A stretch of DNA of 63,926 bases, the filler included, from Nitrospirota bacterium (lineage in GTDB: Bacteria > UBA2233): the NCBI GenBank assembly GCA_011620345.1. It is 8 parts of 8 records of this genome, joined end to end, with 100 filler letters (N's around TTAATTAATTAA, not from the genome) between each part and the next. Parts side by side here need not be neighbours in the genome. Positions count along the whole stretch, not along the records: positions 26,464 to 34,979 come from WOZJ01000024.1; positions 35,080 to 43,570 come from WOZJ01000039.1; 6 more parts are not named here. The stretch is one strand, 5' to 3'. Of the stretch, positions 29,824 to 39,879 are shown piece by piece. Below the pieces are notes generated by a model, which had not been told where the DNA came from, made no database searches, and was given only the letters and a program-made list of their open reading frames with translations. The position numbers were made by a program, and so were the translations under genes. Within the stretch, counting starts at the first letter, position 1. The number at the start of each line of letters is the position of its first letter.

Positions 29824-30645
29824 TTGCGGGCTTGGTTGTTTGCTCCTGCTGACGACCCAAAAAAAGCGGCTAAGGCGTTGGCCTCCGGTGCGGATGTAGT
29901 CGTACTCGACCTAGAAGACGCCGTGTTGCCCGATCAAAAAGAGGCGGCCAGGCAAGCGTTGGCCGGGTTGCTGGCAGAGCGCCCATCTTCTAATACGCGC
30001 GTGTTTATAAGGGTCAATGCTCCGGGTTCGAAGGATTTTTTGCGGGATTTAACCTCGCTCAAGGTGCTGAACACGGACGGCATCATGGTGCCGAAGGCCG
30101 AGCGGCCTGAATCCTTGGAGCCCCTTTGGGCAATTGGCAGAAACGTCGTCCTTTTGATCGAAACGGCGTTGGGGCTAGAGCGGGCACCCGAACTGGCCAG
30201 GGCGCTTCCTGGGCTGCTCGAGCGGCTCGCGTTCGGCTATCTGGATTTTGTCGCGGATATTGGGGCAAGCTGGACGATTACGGGGGAAGCATTGCTGTAT
30301 GCGCGCTCGAGGATCGTGCTGGCCAGCCGGATCGGCGGCCTTGAGCCCCCGCTGGATGGGGTATATCCTACACTGGATGACGCAGGCGGCCTCGAGAAAG
30401 AATGCCGGGCGGCCAAAGTCCTCGGGTTTGGCGGCAAAATGATTATTCATCCCAAGCATATCGCCGCCGTCCAAGAAGCGTTCGCCCCAACCCAAGAAGA
30501 GCTGGATCGAGCTAGGGGCATTCTAGAGGCGTTTGAGGCGGCCACAAAAAGCGGCCAAGGGGTCGTTGTGTACCAGGGCCGTTTCGTGGACAGGCCCGTT
30601 GTCTTGTGGGCCGAACGGGTTGTTCGGCTTTCGGGCGAATCGTAA
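29824..30645 (+). CDS. CitE/HpcH-family CoA-ester lyase
   Basis: LFAPAD, LDLEDAV, IRVN, VPK, LIETALG, GKMIIHP, VDRP; start uncertain (ORF open from 29761). Confidence 0.9.
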   Translation: MRAWLFAPADDPKKAAKALASGADVVVLDLEDAVLPDQKEAARQALAGLLAERPSSNTRVFIRVNAPGSKDFLRDLTSLKVLNTDGIMVPKAERPESLEPLWAIGRNVVLLIETALGLERAPELARALPGLLERLAFGYLDFVADIGASWTITGEALLYARSRIVLASRIGGLEPPLDGVYPTLDDAGGLEKECRAAKVLGFGGKMIIHPKHIAAVQEAFAPTQEELDRARGILEAFEAATKSGQGVVVYQGRFVDRPVVLWAERVVRLSGES

Positions 30646-30819
30646 AACGGTGCAACAAAGTTAAGAAAGAAAGGAGACATTGTATGCGATCATGTCGTTT
30701 GCGCAAGATGACAAAGAAGGGGCCTAGTTTGGCTACGCCATCCTTAACCCAGTCGCTTGGCGGGAAAAAGCAAACAACGCCTCAAGCTGGCCCTTGCATT
30801 CTTGCGTAGGACGCGATTC

Positions 30820-31362
30820 GTGAGTTCAGGGGAAATTTCCAAGGCGAGCCTTAAGCCCCTTCTTTCCGCTGAAACCATTCATCGCCGGGTAGGGGAGCTT
30901 GCTTTAGAGATATCGAAAGACTACACTCCGGATGGTTGCGTTGTATTGAGCGTGCTCAAGGGCGCGTTCATGTTCACGGCCGACCTCATCCGGCATCTGC
31001 AGGTTCCCTTAGAGCTGGACTTTATCCGTGTTCAGAGCTACGGGAACCGGATGAGCACCTCCGGCGAGGTCGCCTTGATCAAGGATGTCGAGATCGACCT
31101 TTCCGGCAAAGACGTGCTGATAGTGGACGACATCGTGGAGACGGGCTACACCCAGGCGTTTATGTTGCGACACCTGGCAATGTTTCGTCCCCGTTCGGTC
31201 AAAATATGCGCCCTGCTCTGGAAAAAAGCGCTCCTTCGGGTCGAGGTTCCCGTTCACTTTCATGGGTTTACGATCGGCCCAGAATTCATAGTGGGCTACG
31301 GTATCGACTACGCGGAGCGCTTCAGGGAACTTCCAGACATTTATACGGTCCAGGAGAGATGA
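30820..31362 (+). CDS. hpt: Hypoxanthine phosphoribosyltransferase
   Basis: VLKGAFMFTADL, VLIVDDIVETG, FIVGYGIDYAERFREL. Confidence 0.95.
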   Translation: MSSGEISKASLKPLLSAETIHRRVGELALEISKDYTPDGCVVLSVLKGAFMFTADLIRHLQVPLELDFIRVQSYGNRMSTSGEVALIKDVEIDLSGKDVLIVDDIVETGYTQAFMLRHLAMFRPRSVKICALLWKKALLRVEVPVHFHGFTIGPEFIVGYGIDYAERFRELPDIYTVQER

Positions 31363-32249
31363 TTCTTGTTTGTCCCCGCTGCAATGCGCGGTACGAGGCA
31401 CGGCTCAAGGACCCCTCGAAGCCCCTTCCTAAGGGGAACTTGAAGATCCGCTGCCTTGCCTGCGGAAACCCTTATCTCGCCACGGAAGGTTCCATCCAAC
31501 AAGATCTCTTCGGCGGCCCTTTAGAAAGTCCTAAGGAGGCGGAGCGCCCAAACAGCAAGCCCCTTTCGGACTGGAAAGGGGCCGCGGAAGATCGGGCCCC
31601 GCTACCCGATTTCCCGTCTTTCGAGGAGATCGAGGAGCCTTTCGGGGTGGAACCTTCCTCCGACGAGGACATGCCTAGGTCCCGAGTTTCCTCGCGATCC
31701 TTGCTTTTCCCGATATTTCTAGTGTCGCTGCTCTTGGGTAGTGTTATAGGGGGGGTAATGCTTTATCGGACCTTTCGAGGCCCTGCATCTCTGGACTCCG
31801 AGCCTCGGGTCCAGGCCAATGCCCCTGGCGTAAAACCAGAAGGCCTGCCTAGCATCCCCTTTTACGCGCTGACGTTCGAACGTATCCATGTAGAAAAAAG
31901 AAAGAACAGGTTCGGTGAAACCTTCGTGCTTGTCCGGGGCCGGGTGAAGAACTTGGGAACGCTAGCCGTTCATGAGCGCGTTCGCGCCGTTGCCAGGGCC
32001 TACACGAAGAAAGGGCAACTCAAGGAGACTAAGGCTTCCCCGCTCGGAAACGACATTACCCCTTCTATTGCGGAAGAAGCGTCCGTTTTTGAGTTGATCG
32101 CAAGGAGCGAGCTCCCTTCCCCGGAGGGGATGGTCGTCCCGCTAGAACCCGCGGAGAGCCTTTCTTTTTGGCTGGTATTTCCAGACGACGGCCGCACAAT
32201 CGACCACCTCGACCTCTCGATCGAAACCGGGCCGCAGGAAGGGGCCTAG
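31359..32249 (+). CDS. Zinc-ribbon (MJ0042-like) single-pass membrane protein, DUF3426-like C-terminus
   Basis: MILVCPRCNARY...IRCLAC, acidic linker, one TM segment, beta-rich C-domain; ATGA overlap with hpt. Confidence 0.78.
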   Translation: MILVCPRCNARYEARLKDPSKPLPKGNLKIRCLACGNPYLATEGSIQQDLFGGPLESPKEAERPNSKPLSDWKGAAEDRAPLPDFPSFEEIEEPFGVEPSSDEDMPRSRVSSRSLLFPIFLVSLLLGSVIGGVMLYRTFRGPASLDSEPRVQANAPGVKPEGLPSIPFYALTFERIHVEKRKNRFGETFVLVRGRVKNLGTLAVHERVRAVARAYTKKGQLKETKASPLGNDITPSIAEEASVFELIARSELPSPEGMVVPLEPAESLSFWLVFPDDGRTIDHLDLSIETGPQEGA

Positions 32250-32254
32250 AGAGA

Positions 32255-32482
32255 CTACGAGACGTTTGTTTTCTGGGATTCCTGATGGGCCGCTTCTTGC
32301 TGAACCCGTTCTTCCTCGCGGGCTGCCGGCGTGATGTTGATTTCTTCTTTCTCGTTTAGCGATTTCTTGAACCCGCGAATGCCCTTTCCTAGCGCAGACC
32401 CAACCTCCGGCAGCTTCCCCGCGCCAAAGATGATCATTACGACGGCAAGAATTAAAATGAGCTCGGTCGTACCAATGCCCAT
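32255..32482 (-). CDS. tatA: Twin-arginine translocase TatA/E subunit
   Basis: [40 protein letters not shown]. Confidence 0.96.
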   Translation of the reverse strand: MGIGTTELILILAVVMIIFGAGKLPEVGSALGKGIRGFKKSLNEKEEINITPAAREEERVQQEAAHQESQKTNVS

Positions 32483-32543
32483 ATTGTTACTCTCCTATGG
32501 ATTGTTTGCAGGCCTACATACAAAAAGCATACACCCAACCCAT

Positions 32544-32909
32544 CTAGCCGGCAAGCGTCGCGATGAAGCGGGCAGCCCAACGAAAGCAAGCGAGCAGCAT
32601 GCACGTCGCCACCATTGTTACACTAAGAAAACTGAAAAACTCGCCCCCTCTGGGATGCCCTAAGATTGCCGCCCGGAGGATGACGCCTAAAGGGATGCAT
32701 ACGAGCCATGCAATCCATAGCGCCTTCCAAGAAGGTGGCTTGTAGGTGCCCAACAAAGGCGCTAGGGCATACCATACGATCAAGAGGGGCAGGGCATTTC
32801 TCAGGACGGACGGGACATCGATCGAGCGGTTGTGCGAGGCCACCCCGATCGCCGCGAATGCGACCAACGCCAAGGCATCGAAGAGAACAAGCGCTAACGT
32901 TCCGGTCAT
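32544..32909 (-). CDS. DUF3054-family membrane protein
   Basis: D..ALVAFAAIGVASH...ALPLLIVW pattern, four TM segments. Confidence 0.8.
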   Translation of the reverse strand: MTGTLALVLFDALALVAFAAIGVASHNRSIDVPSVLRNALPLLIVWYALAPLLGTYKPPSWKALWIAWLVCIPLGVILRAAILGHPRGGEFFSFLSVTMVATCMLLACFRWAARFIATLAG

Positions 32910-32935
32910 TGGGTCTCCTAGGATGGATACTGCTA

Positions 32936-34834
32936 CTATTTCGGCGGATTATTGTTGCCCGCCTCTTCATAGAGCCCGTCTATCGTCCGAATATACTGAT
33001 CGATCACGGCCTTGCGGCGAACCTTGAGCGTTGGAGTGATCTCGCCAGTTTCTAGGCTGAAGGTGTTGGTGAGCACCGCGAAACGCTTGATCTGCTCGTA
33101 GCGCGCAAGTCTGGCGTTGACGGCGTCGATGGCTTCTTGAACGGCCTTGTTCAATTTTGGATGATTGGCAAACTCTTTAGGCGAAAGACGTTCGAACTCG
33201 TCGCCTAAGAGCTTTTTAACTTCTTCCGGGTTGGGAACGATAAGGGCGGAGATGAACTTTTTCTTGTCGCCTACCACGCACACGTCGCCCACGATCGGGA
33301 AGGTTTTGAGCATATTCTCGATCGGCTGCGGGGCGACATTCTTTCCGCCTGCCGTAACGATAATGTCTTTCTTGCGGTCTACGATACGAATGAAATCTTC
33401 CGCGTCGATTTCGGCGATATCCCCCGTATGGAGCCAGCCGTCCGGCTCGAGCGCTTCTTTTGTTTCCTTTTCCATTTTGTAGTAGCCCTTCATGACGATC
33501 GGCCCGCGGACTAGGAGCTCCCCATCCGGAGCGAGCTTAACCTCGACATCCGGGATGGTGACGCCAACCGTACCCAGCTTTCTTTTGTGGATCCTGTTGG
33601 CGCAAACGACGGGGCTCGTTTCGGTCAGGCCGTAGCCCTCCAGGACGACAAGCCCCAACGCCGAGAAGAACTCGGCGATCTCCTTGGCCAAAGGGGCGCC
33701 GCCCGATACGGCCACGACGAACCTTCCGCCGAAGCCTTCGCGTATTTTTGAGTACACGAGCTTATCGGCTACCAAGTAGCCCATGTGCAGCCATAAGGGC
33801 ACGTTCCTATCCGAAAACTCCCTTTCCATCACGGCCTTGCCCACGTTGAGGGCAAAAGAAAATATTCCCCGCTTGATTGGCGAAGCTACCTTGAGGCCAT
33901 CTTGGATCCGCATGTACATTTTCTCGTACACCCGCGGGACGGAGATGATGGCAAGAGGCCTAACCTCTTTAAGGTTTTCGGGTAGCTTGTCGAGGCTCTC
34001 GGCGTAGGCGATCTTCGCCCCTATAAAGAGCGCCAAATAGTACCCGCAGGTTCTCTCGAGCACGTGCGAGAGGGGTAAAAACGAAAGAAACACGATATCC
34101 TCGAGGTTAGGGACGACATCGAAACACCCGATGGCGTCGCTAATCAAGTTTCCATGGGTAAGCATCACGCCTTTGGGTATGCCTGTTGTCCCCGAGGTAT
34201 AGATGAGGGTGGCCAAGTCTTCCAGGTGAATGGCGTCAAGGCTCTTGGCGAGCTCGGCATCGCTCAAGGGCGCTTCGTCCTTGACGAGCGCCTTCCAAGA
34301 AAGAACGCCTTTGGTCAAATCTACACCCTCGTCGTCGAACACGATCACCCTTTCGACGTGCGACATCTCCTCTTTGACCTGAAGCAGCTTGGCTAGCTGG
34401 TCTTTGTTTGAAGCGAACACGATGCGGCTTTCGGAATGCTCTATGAGATATGCAACGTGTTCCGGCGTTTCCGTCGCATAAATGGGGACGTCGGTTGCGC
34501 CTAGAGTTAGGGCGGCCAAATCGGACAAGGCCCACTCTGGCCTATTTTCCGATAGAATGGCCACCTTGTCCCCTTTTTTCACCCCTAATCGTTTCAAGGC
34601 GGAAGCAACCTTCCTGACGAGGTTGGCCGCTTCTTGGTAGGAGATGTCGACCCAGCGCCCGTTCGTTTTGTAAGAAAAAGCAGGTTTGCCCGAGATCTTT
34701 TGGGCTTGGTAGAAGAACGCCTCCGGCACGCTCTGGACCGTCTTCAGCTTTGGATCGATAAAATCATACGCCGACCTTAAGCCCTGTAGAGTGTAAACCT
34801 TTCCGTCCACTACATACTTTTTTCTTGAGCGCAT
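32936..34834 (-). CDS. Long-chain fatty-acid--CoA ligase
   Basis: IYTSGTTGIPKGVMLTHGN, FLPLSHVLER, EGYGLTE, GWLHTGD, GEITPTLKVRR. Confidence 0.94.
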   Translation of the reverse strand: MRSRKKYVVDGKVYTLQGLRSAYDFIDPKLKTVQSVPEAFFYQAQKISGKPAFSYKTNGRWVDISYQEAANLVRKVASALKRLGVKKGDKVAILSENRPEWALSDLAALTLGATDVPIYATETPEHVAYLIEHSESRIVFASNKDQLAKLLQVKEEMSHVERVIVFDDEGVDLTKGVLSWKALVKDEAPLSDAELAKSLDAIHLEDLATLIYTSGTTGIPKGVMLTHGNLISDAIGCFDVVPNLEDIVFLSFLPLSHVLERTCGYYLALFIGAKIAYAESLDKLPENLKEVRPLAIISVPRVYEKMYMRIQDGLKVASPIKRGIFSFALNVGKAVMEREFSDRNVPLWLHMGYLVADKLVYSKIREGFGGRFVVAVSGGAPLAKEIAEFFSALGLVVLEGYGLTETSPVVCANRIHKRKLGTVGVTIPDVEVKLAPDGELLVRGPIVMKGYYKMEKETKEALEPDGWLHTGDIAEIDAEDFIRIVDRKKDIIVTAGGKNVAPQPIENMLKTFPIVGDVCVVGDKKKFISALIVPNPEEVKKLLGDEFERLSPKEFANHPKLNKAVQEAIDAVNARLARYEQIKRFAVLTNTFSLETGEITPTLKVRRKAVIDQYIRTIDGLYEEAGNNNPPK

Positions 34835-35079
34835 TGGGCATCTCCGTCGTCTAATGATAAAGTGTTCTGCTTAAATCATTCGCAATGAAGGCTATACGAA
34901 ATACAATTTTAGTAAACCATAGGCCAAGAGTGCCGTCAAGCTGCGAGTTCGACATGATTTTTCCGCTAGCCTGTTCTTTNNNNNNNNNNNNNNNNNNNNN
35001 NNNNNNNNNNNNNNNNNNNNNNNTTAATTAATTAANNNNNNNNNNNNNNNNNNNNNNNNNNNNNNNNNNNNNNNNNNNN

Positions 35080-36738
35080 CTCAAGGAGGCCCAAGCCAGA
35101 CTAGAAGAAGAGGCAAAGTACCGACAAGAGGTATTCGAAAGGGCGCTCAACGGAATGGCCGTAATCGATCCCGTGACGCTTCGGCACTTTGAGGTCAACG
35201 GCGCCCTGGCCGAAATTCTGGGCTATTCTAAAGATGAGCTCCTGGACCCTCAGTTCGATTTTCTCAAAGTCTTCGTGCCCGAGGACGCCCCCAAGGTCTT
35301 GAATGCGCTTAAGACGGCGCTGGCCACGAAAGCCTCCATCCGCTACGAGGTCTCCCATCAAAGAAAAGACGGGGGGCACCGGCACGTGCTCGTCCAAATC
35401 TCCGCGCTCGCCCCAAGGATCGGTTGGGAATCGGAAAGGTGCCTGGTCGTGGTCTCCGACATCTCGGATATCAAGCACCAAAGCGATTTCCTCGAGGGGT
35501 TGTTCCAAATCTCTCCCGTGGGGCTCTTCGCCTGCGATATTGAAACTGGCACCCTGCTCGAGGCAAACCCCGCATTCCTCGCCATGCTGGGGTATTCCCA
35601 AGAAGAGCTCCTTGGCAAGACCTGGTACGAGATCACCCCCCCGGATGTCGTCCAAAGGGAGCTTCAGGAAAACGAGGCCCTCCTTAAGGGCGAGATCCCT
35701 ATGATCATCAGGGAAAAGGTGTTTTTCAAAAAAGACGGGACGGAGATCCCCACGATCCTGTACTTCTCCAAGTTCTTCGACCCAAGGGCGAACAAAGAGA
35801 TCTACGTCGACTTCGCCGTGGACATCTCCGAGATTAAAAAGGCCCAAGAGCAGCTGGATAAGGCCTACCGGTACTTCAAGACGATCTTCGATACATCCAG
35901 CGAAATGTTCATCGTATGCGGCCCTGACGGCAAGGTTCGGGATGTCAACCGGGCGGCGGAGTTCCTCTTTGGCTACAGCAAAGAAGAAATCCTGGATCCC
36001 GGCTTCGATTGGCGGTGTTGCGTGCATCCTGAGGACCTCCCTTCCATCCTTGATGCGCTCGAGACGGTCCAAAAGGATAACGTCTGCCGCCGTCTGGAGG
36101 TGAGGGGGATCAAAAAGGACGGCTCCGAAATCTTTCTGTTAGCCTCCTACACCCCGATCGAAGCCTTTGAAGAGAGTTCCGGGGGCCGGCTCATCCTACT
36201 AGGCATTTACGTGGACATCACGGAAACCAAACGGCTCGAGGCCCACCTTAGGTACTTAAGCTTCCACGATTCCCTCACGGAGCTTTTCAATCGCGCCTAT
36301 TTCGAGCAGGAGCTGGATCGGCTCTCCAAGGGGAGGAGGGCTCCCGTCGGGGTTATCATCGTCGACCTGGACAATCTCAAGCCCGTCAACGATACCCTGG
36401 GGCATGCCGAGGGCGATGCCCTGCTTAAGCGTGCGGCCAGGGCGCTGAGGGAGGCCTTCAGGGCCGAGGACGTGATCGCCAGGCTGGGCGGGGATGAATT
36501 CGGGGTCATCCTGGTCGATGCCGACAAAAAGGCGCTCGAAGGGTCTATAGAAAGGCTCCAAAAGGCCATAGATCAAGGCAAAGAGAACGGAACGACCCCA
36601 AAGCTATCCATCTCTGCCGGCTATGCCATCGCCGAAAAGACGCCTTTCGAGCCGGGGGAGCTTTTTCGGGCGGCGGACCGGGCGATGTACCGAAACAAGG
36701 TCACCAAAAAACGCGGGCTTACAAGAGGGCATCTATAA
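35080..36738 (+). CDS. Multi-PAS diguanylate cyclase, 5' truncated at contig edge
   Basis: Frame open from the contig start; three PAS repeats; HDSLTELFNR, RAED I-site, RLGGDEF, ADRAMY. Confidence 0.92.
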   Translation, partial: LKEAQARLEEEAKYRQEVFERALNGMAVIDPVTLRHFEVNGALAEILGYSKDELLDPQFDFLKVFVPEDAPKVLNALKTALATKASIRYEVSHQRKDGGHRHVLVQISALAPRIGWESERCLVVVSDISDIKHQSDFLEGLFQISPVGLFACDIETGTLLEANPAFLAMLGYSQEELLGKTWYEITPPDVVQRELQENEALLKGEIPMIIREKVFFKKDGTEIPTILYFSKFFDPRANKEIYVDFAVDISEIKKAQEQLDKAYRYFKTIFDTSSEMFIVCGPDGKVRDVNRAAEFLFGYSKEEILDPGFDWRCCVHPEDLPSILDALETVQKDNVCRRLEVRGIKKDGSEIFLLASYTPIEAFEESSGGRLILLGIYVDITETKRLEAHLRYLSFHDSLTELFNRAYFEQELDRLSKGRRAPVGVIIVDLDNLKPVNDTLGHAEGDALLKRAARALREAFRAEDVIARLGGDEFGVILVDADKKALEGSIERLQKAIDQGKENGTTPKLSISAGYAIAEKTPFEPGELFRAADRAMYRNKVTKKRGLTRGHL

Positions 36739-36926
36739 CAGCAAGATTTGGAATGAAACCCAAAGGAGTCCACAAGGTTCAAGAAGGCTGGAGGGCGATC
36801 TCTACCGAATTTGTTGCCACGACTGGACTTTAGCATGCTTCAATGCTCCTGTCCTAGTTGTTTATCCCATCATACGATGGAGTAAAATATAGCTAATGTT
36901 ACACCTATTAAGGTCACGAAGAAGCC

Positions 36927-39149
36927 ATGAAGGAGATTGAAAGAAGGGCATTCTTGAAGGGCGTCGGCTGGCTCGTCGTCACGCTGGGTATCCTGCCCAG
37001 GCTTGGAGTGAAAGCCATGGGCGATGAAATACCCTTTGCTTTTTTAGGCGATTCCCTTGAGAAAACCCCCGGGCTCGATGCCTGGCTTCTACTTGCCCAA
37101 GACGGTACGGTTGTAGCCTTTACAGGAAAGGCGGAACTTGGTCAGGGTATTAAAACGGCATTAGCACAAATTGTCGCCGATGAGCTAACCCTCCCCATAG
37201 GGCGGATCCGAATCATCACGGCGGATACGGCGCTGACTCCCGACGAGGGCTACACGGTGGGCTCTCTTTCCGTCCATCAGTCCGGCACCGCTCTCAGAAA
37301 GGCAGCTGCAACCGCCCGCGCCATCCTGATCAAGCTGGCCGCAAAGCGCCTTAAGGTCCCGACAAGCAATCTCGTGCTCCAAGAAGGCATGGTCATCAAA
37401 AAAGGAGAAGATGGCGGGCTTCCCTATATCTCCCTCCTTGAAGGCGGACGCTTTTTGGCAAGAGTCAATCCAGATATCCCGACCCAGCCCTTCGGAGCCT
37501 ACCGCAGCGTTGGCCAATCCGTTCCTAGGGAAGACCTCGAGGACATCGTCTCGGGCTCCAAGCGTTACGTCCATGATATCGAGTTGCCGGGCATGCTCTA
37601 TGGGGCTGTTGTCAGACCCCCCGGCTATGGAAGGCGCCTGCTCAAGCTCGATGAGGAGGGCTTTGGTAAGGAATGCTCAAATGTTAGGCTCGTCCGTAAT
37701 GGGAGCTTCTTGGGAGTGATCGCTAAGGATACCTGTGGGGCTTTCCAAGCCGCCGCATGCCTAGAGCGTTATGCCATCTTTAGTGAGCCTCGAAAGCTTC
37801 CAAAGGAGGAAGCGATAGAAGAGACACTACGAACTCTCAAGTCAAAAACGAGTCTTGTTGCGAGAAGGGGCCGTGTAGAGGCTAGGGAGCTCAAGGCCGC
37901 CCGGATGCTGGAAGCCACATTCTTCAAGTCTTATCAGGCGCACGCTTCCATCGCCCCTTCAGCGGCCGTTGCCCTGTATGAGAACGGTCGCTACCGGGTG
38001 TGGACGCATTCCCAGGGAGTATTCCCCCTAAGAAAAGACCTGGCGAAGGTTTTGCGAATCAAGGAAGAAGGCCTTCGTTTGAGTCATGTTGAGGGGCCTG
38101 GATGTTACGGCCACAACGGGGCCGACGATGTGGCGCTCGATGCCTGTTTACTCGCCCGGGCCGTTCCCGGAAAGCCTCTCAAGGTTCTCTGGTCACGATC
38201 GGACGAGTTTGCCTGGGAGCCTTTTGGAACCGCGATGGAGGTCCGCCTAAGGGCGTGCCTGGATGCAGGCGGGCGGGTAAGCGTTTGGCGTAGCGATGTC
38301 TGGACGGGCAGCCACGCTACGAGGCCCGGCATCGGCAAAAAAGACGAAACGTCCTTGATCGCCTCCCACGCGATCGAGCAATCGCTAAAGCGCGAGCCCG
38401 TTTTCGACCCAGGCGGCGGGGAACGTAACGCCCTTCCCTTGTACGCCTTTGAGGCCCTAGAGATCAAAAAACACCTGATACTAGAGCCGCCCCTGCGCGT
38501 TTCGGCTCTGCGCTCTTTGGGGGCGATGGCAAACGTGTTCGCGATCGAGTCGTTCATGGATATGCTCGCTCTTGAGGCGCAGAAAGACCCCGTCGCCTTT
38601 CGTATCGAGCATCTAAAAGACGAAAGAGCTGTAGCGCTTATCTTGCGGCTCGCCAAGGCCGTCAAATGGAGCCACCCCGGCAGGAAAACAGGCCTGGGCG
38701 TGGGTTTTTCTTTTGCCCGGTATAAGAACGCGGCCGCTTACGTTGCCGTGGTCGTATGGGTATCGGTCAACGAAAAAACGAGGCAAATCCGCGTTCAAAG
38801 GGTCGTTGCGGGGGTTGACCCTGGGCTTGCAATCAACCCAGGCGGCGTCCGGAACCAAGCCGAGGGCGGCATTGTCCAAGCGCTCAGCATGGCGCTTAAA
38901 GAGCGTGTGCGCTTTGAGAAGGACGGGATTCAATCTCTCGATTGGCAAACATACCCGATCCTTGGCATCGAAGAGAGCCCAAAGGTCCGTGTGTTCGTAT
39001 GGGGAGAGCCCCAAGCGCCTTCCGTGGGCGTTGGTGAGGCGCTCATGGGGCCGACGACTGCCGCTTTGGCCAATGCGGTGTTCGATGCTACCGGGGTTCG
39101 GCCGTTTCGCTTGCCGATTGGAACCCACTCAAACCCCTTTGGGCTGTAG
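36927..39149 (+). CDS. Tat-exported XDH-family molybdopterin subunit (NicB/IorB-like)
   Basis: ERRAFLK Tat motif, GKAELGQG, GPGCYGHNGADD, LRSLGA, GVGE. Confidence 0.9.
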   Translation: MKEIERRAFLKGVGWLVVTLGILPRLGVKAMGDEIPFAFLGDSLEKTPGLDAWLLLAQDGTVVAFTGKAELGQGIKTALAQIVADELTLPIGRIRIITADTALTPDEGYTVGSLSVHQSGTALRKAAATARAILIKLAAKRLKVPTSNLVLQEGMVIKKGEDGGLPYISLLEGGRFLARVNPDIPTQPFGAYRSVGQSVPREDLEDIVSGSKRYVHDIELPGMLYGAVVRPPGYGRRLLKLDEEGFGKECSNVRLVRNGSFLGVIAKDTCGAFQAAACLERYAIFSEPRKLPKEEAIEETLRTLKSKTSLVARRGRVEARELKAARMLEATFFKSYQAHASIAPSAAVALYENGRYRVWTHSQGVFPLRKDLAKVLRIKEEGLRLSHVEGPGCYGHNGADDVALDACLLARAVPGKPLKVLWSRSDEFAWEPFGTAMEVRLRACLDAGGRVSVWRSDVWTGSHATRPGIGKKDETSLIASHAIEQSLKREPVFDPGGGERNALPLYAFEALEIKKHLILEPPLRVSALRSLGAMANVFAIESFMDMLALEAQKDPVAFRIEHLKDERAVALILRLAKAVKWSHPGRKTGLGVGFSFARYKNAAAYVAVVVWVSVNEKTRQIRVQRVVAGVDPGLAINPGGVRNQAEGGIVQALSMALKERVRFEKDGIQSLDWQTYPILGIEESPKVRVFVWGEPQAPSVGVGEALMGPTTAALANAVFDATGVRPFRLPIGTHSNPFGL

Positions 39150-39270
39150 CGTTTTCTCCTATCCACCACTTCGGCAAGAGGATGGGTTGCTCAGCCAAGC
39201 TGATGGCATGGGTTCCTTGCGCAGGATATTTTTGTATTTCATTGGACAAACTTTTCCTTGGTGCACTATA

Positions 39271-39879
39271 TTATTCATCCTTCGGCCGTTCGAAAGCTTC
39301 CTTGGCCTCAAGGTAAACCTCGGGTGTGTCCAAATCTTGCAGGATTCCTTGGTCGTTAAGCTCCACAAAACGCACATGTTTAGCAAATCTTTTGATCAAG
39401 CATTTCAGCGTCTCTTCAGGCCGAAACGCTCTTAAGTATTTCATCGGAAGCAGGATGGGATGGCCCTTCTTTTCTTGGAATATTGGAATCACTATTTGGG
39501 AGGCATTTTGATAAAATACGCCTGCCATTGTCTGGATTGTCTTCGGCTTCACGAGCGGGTGGTCGACGAGATGGACGAGGACGCCTTCCGTGTTGGCTTT
39601 TAACGCTTTAATCCCTACCCGTAAAGAATCCGCCATGGCTGAATTCGGTTTGGGGTTCGTTTCGACCCGTACTGGTAGGTCCTTGGCAAGCGCCTCGAGG
39701 CACAGACGAAGCCCGGGGTGAGTCACGAGGACGACCTTGCCCACTCCCCCGTTCAACATTGCCTCAAGGCAAAGGGTGACTGCCGTCTTACCCTGGAAAT
39801 CAAGCAGGGGCTTGGGACTTCCCATGCGCCTGGATAGCCCGGCTGCAAGAAGAAGCCCCGTTATGTTCGGACAGGTCAT
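39271..39879 (-). CDS. mocA: Molybdenum cofactor cytidylyltransferase-like protein
   Basis: LLAAGLSRRMGSPKPLL, VDHPLV, GHPIL, DLDTPE. Confidence 0.88.
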   Translation of the reverse strand: MTCPNITGLLLAAGLSRRMGSPKPLLDFQGKTAVTLCLEAMLNGGVGKVVLVTHPGLRLCLEALAKDLPVRVETNPKPNSAMADSLRVGIKALKANTEGVLVHLVDHPLVKPKTIQTMAGVFYQNASQIVIPIFQEKKGHPILLPMKYLRAFRPEETLKCLIKRFAKHVRFVELNDQGILQDLDTPEVYLEAKEAFERPKDE

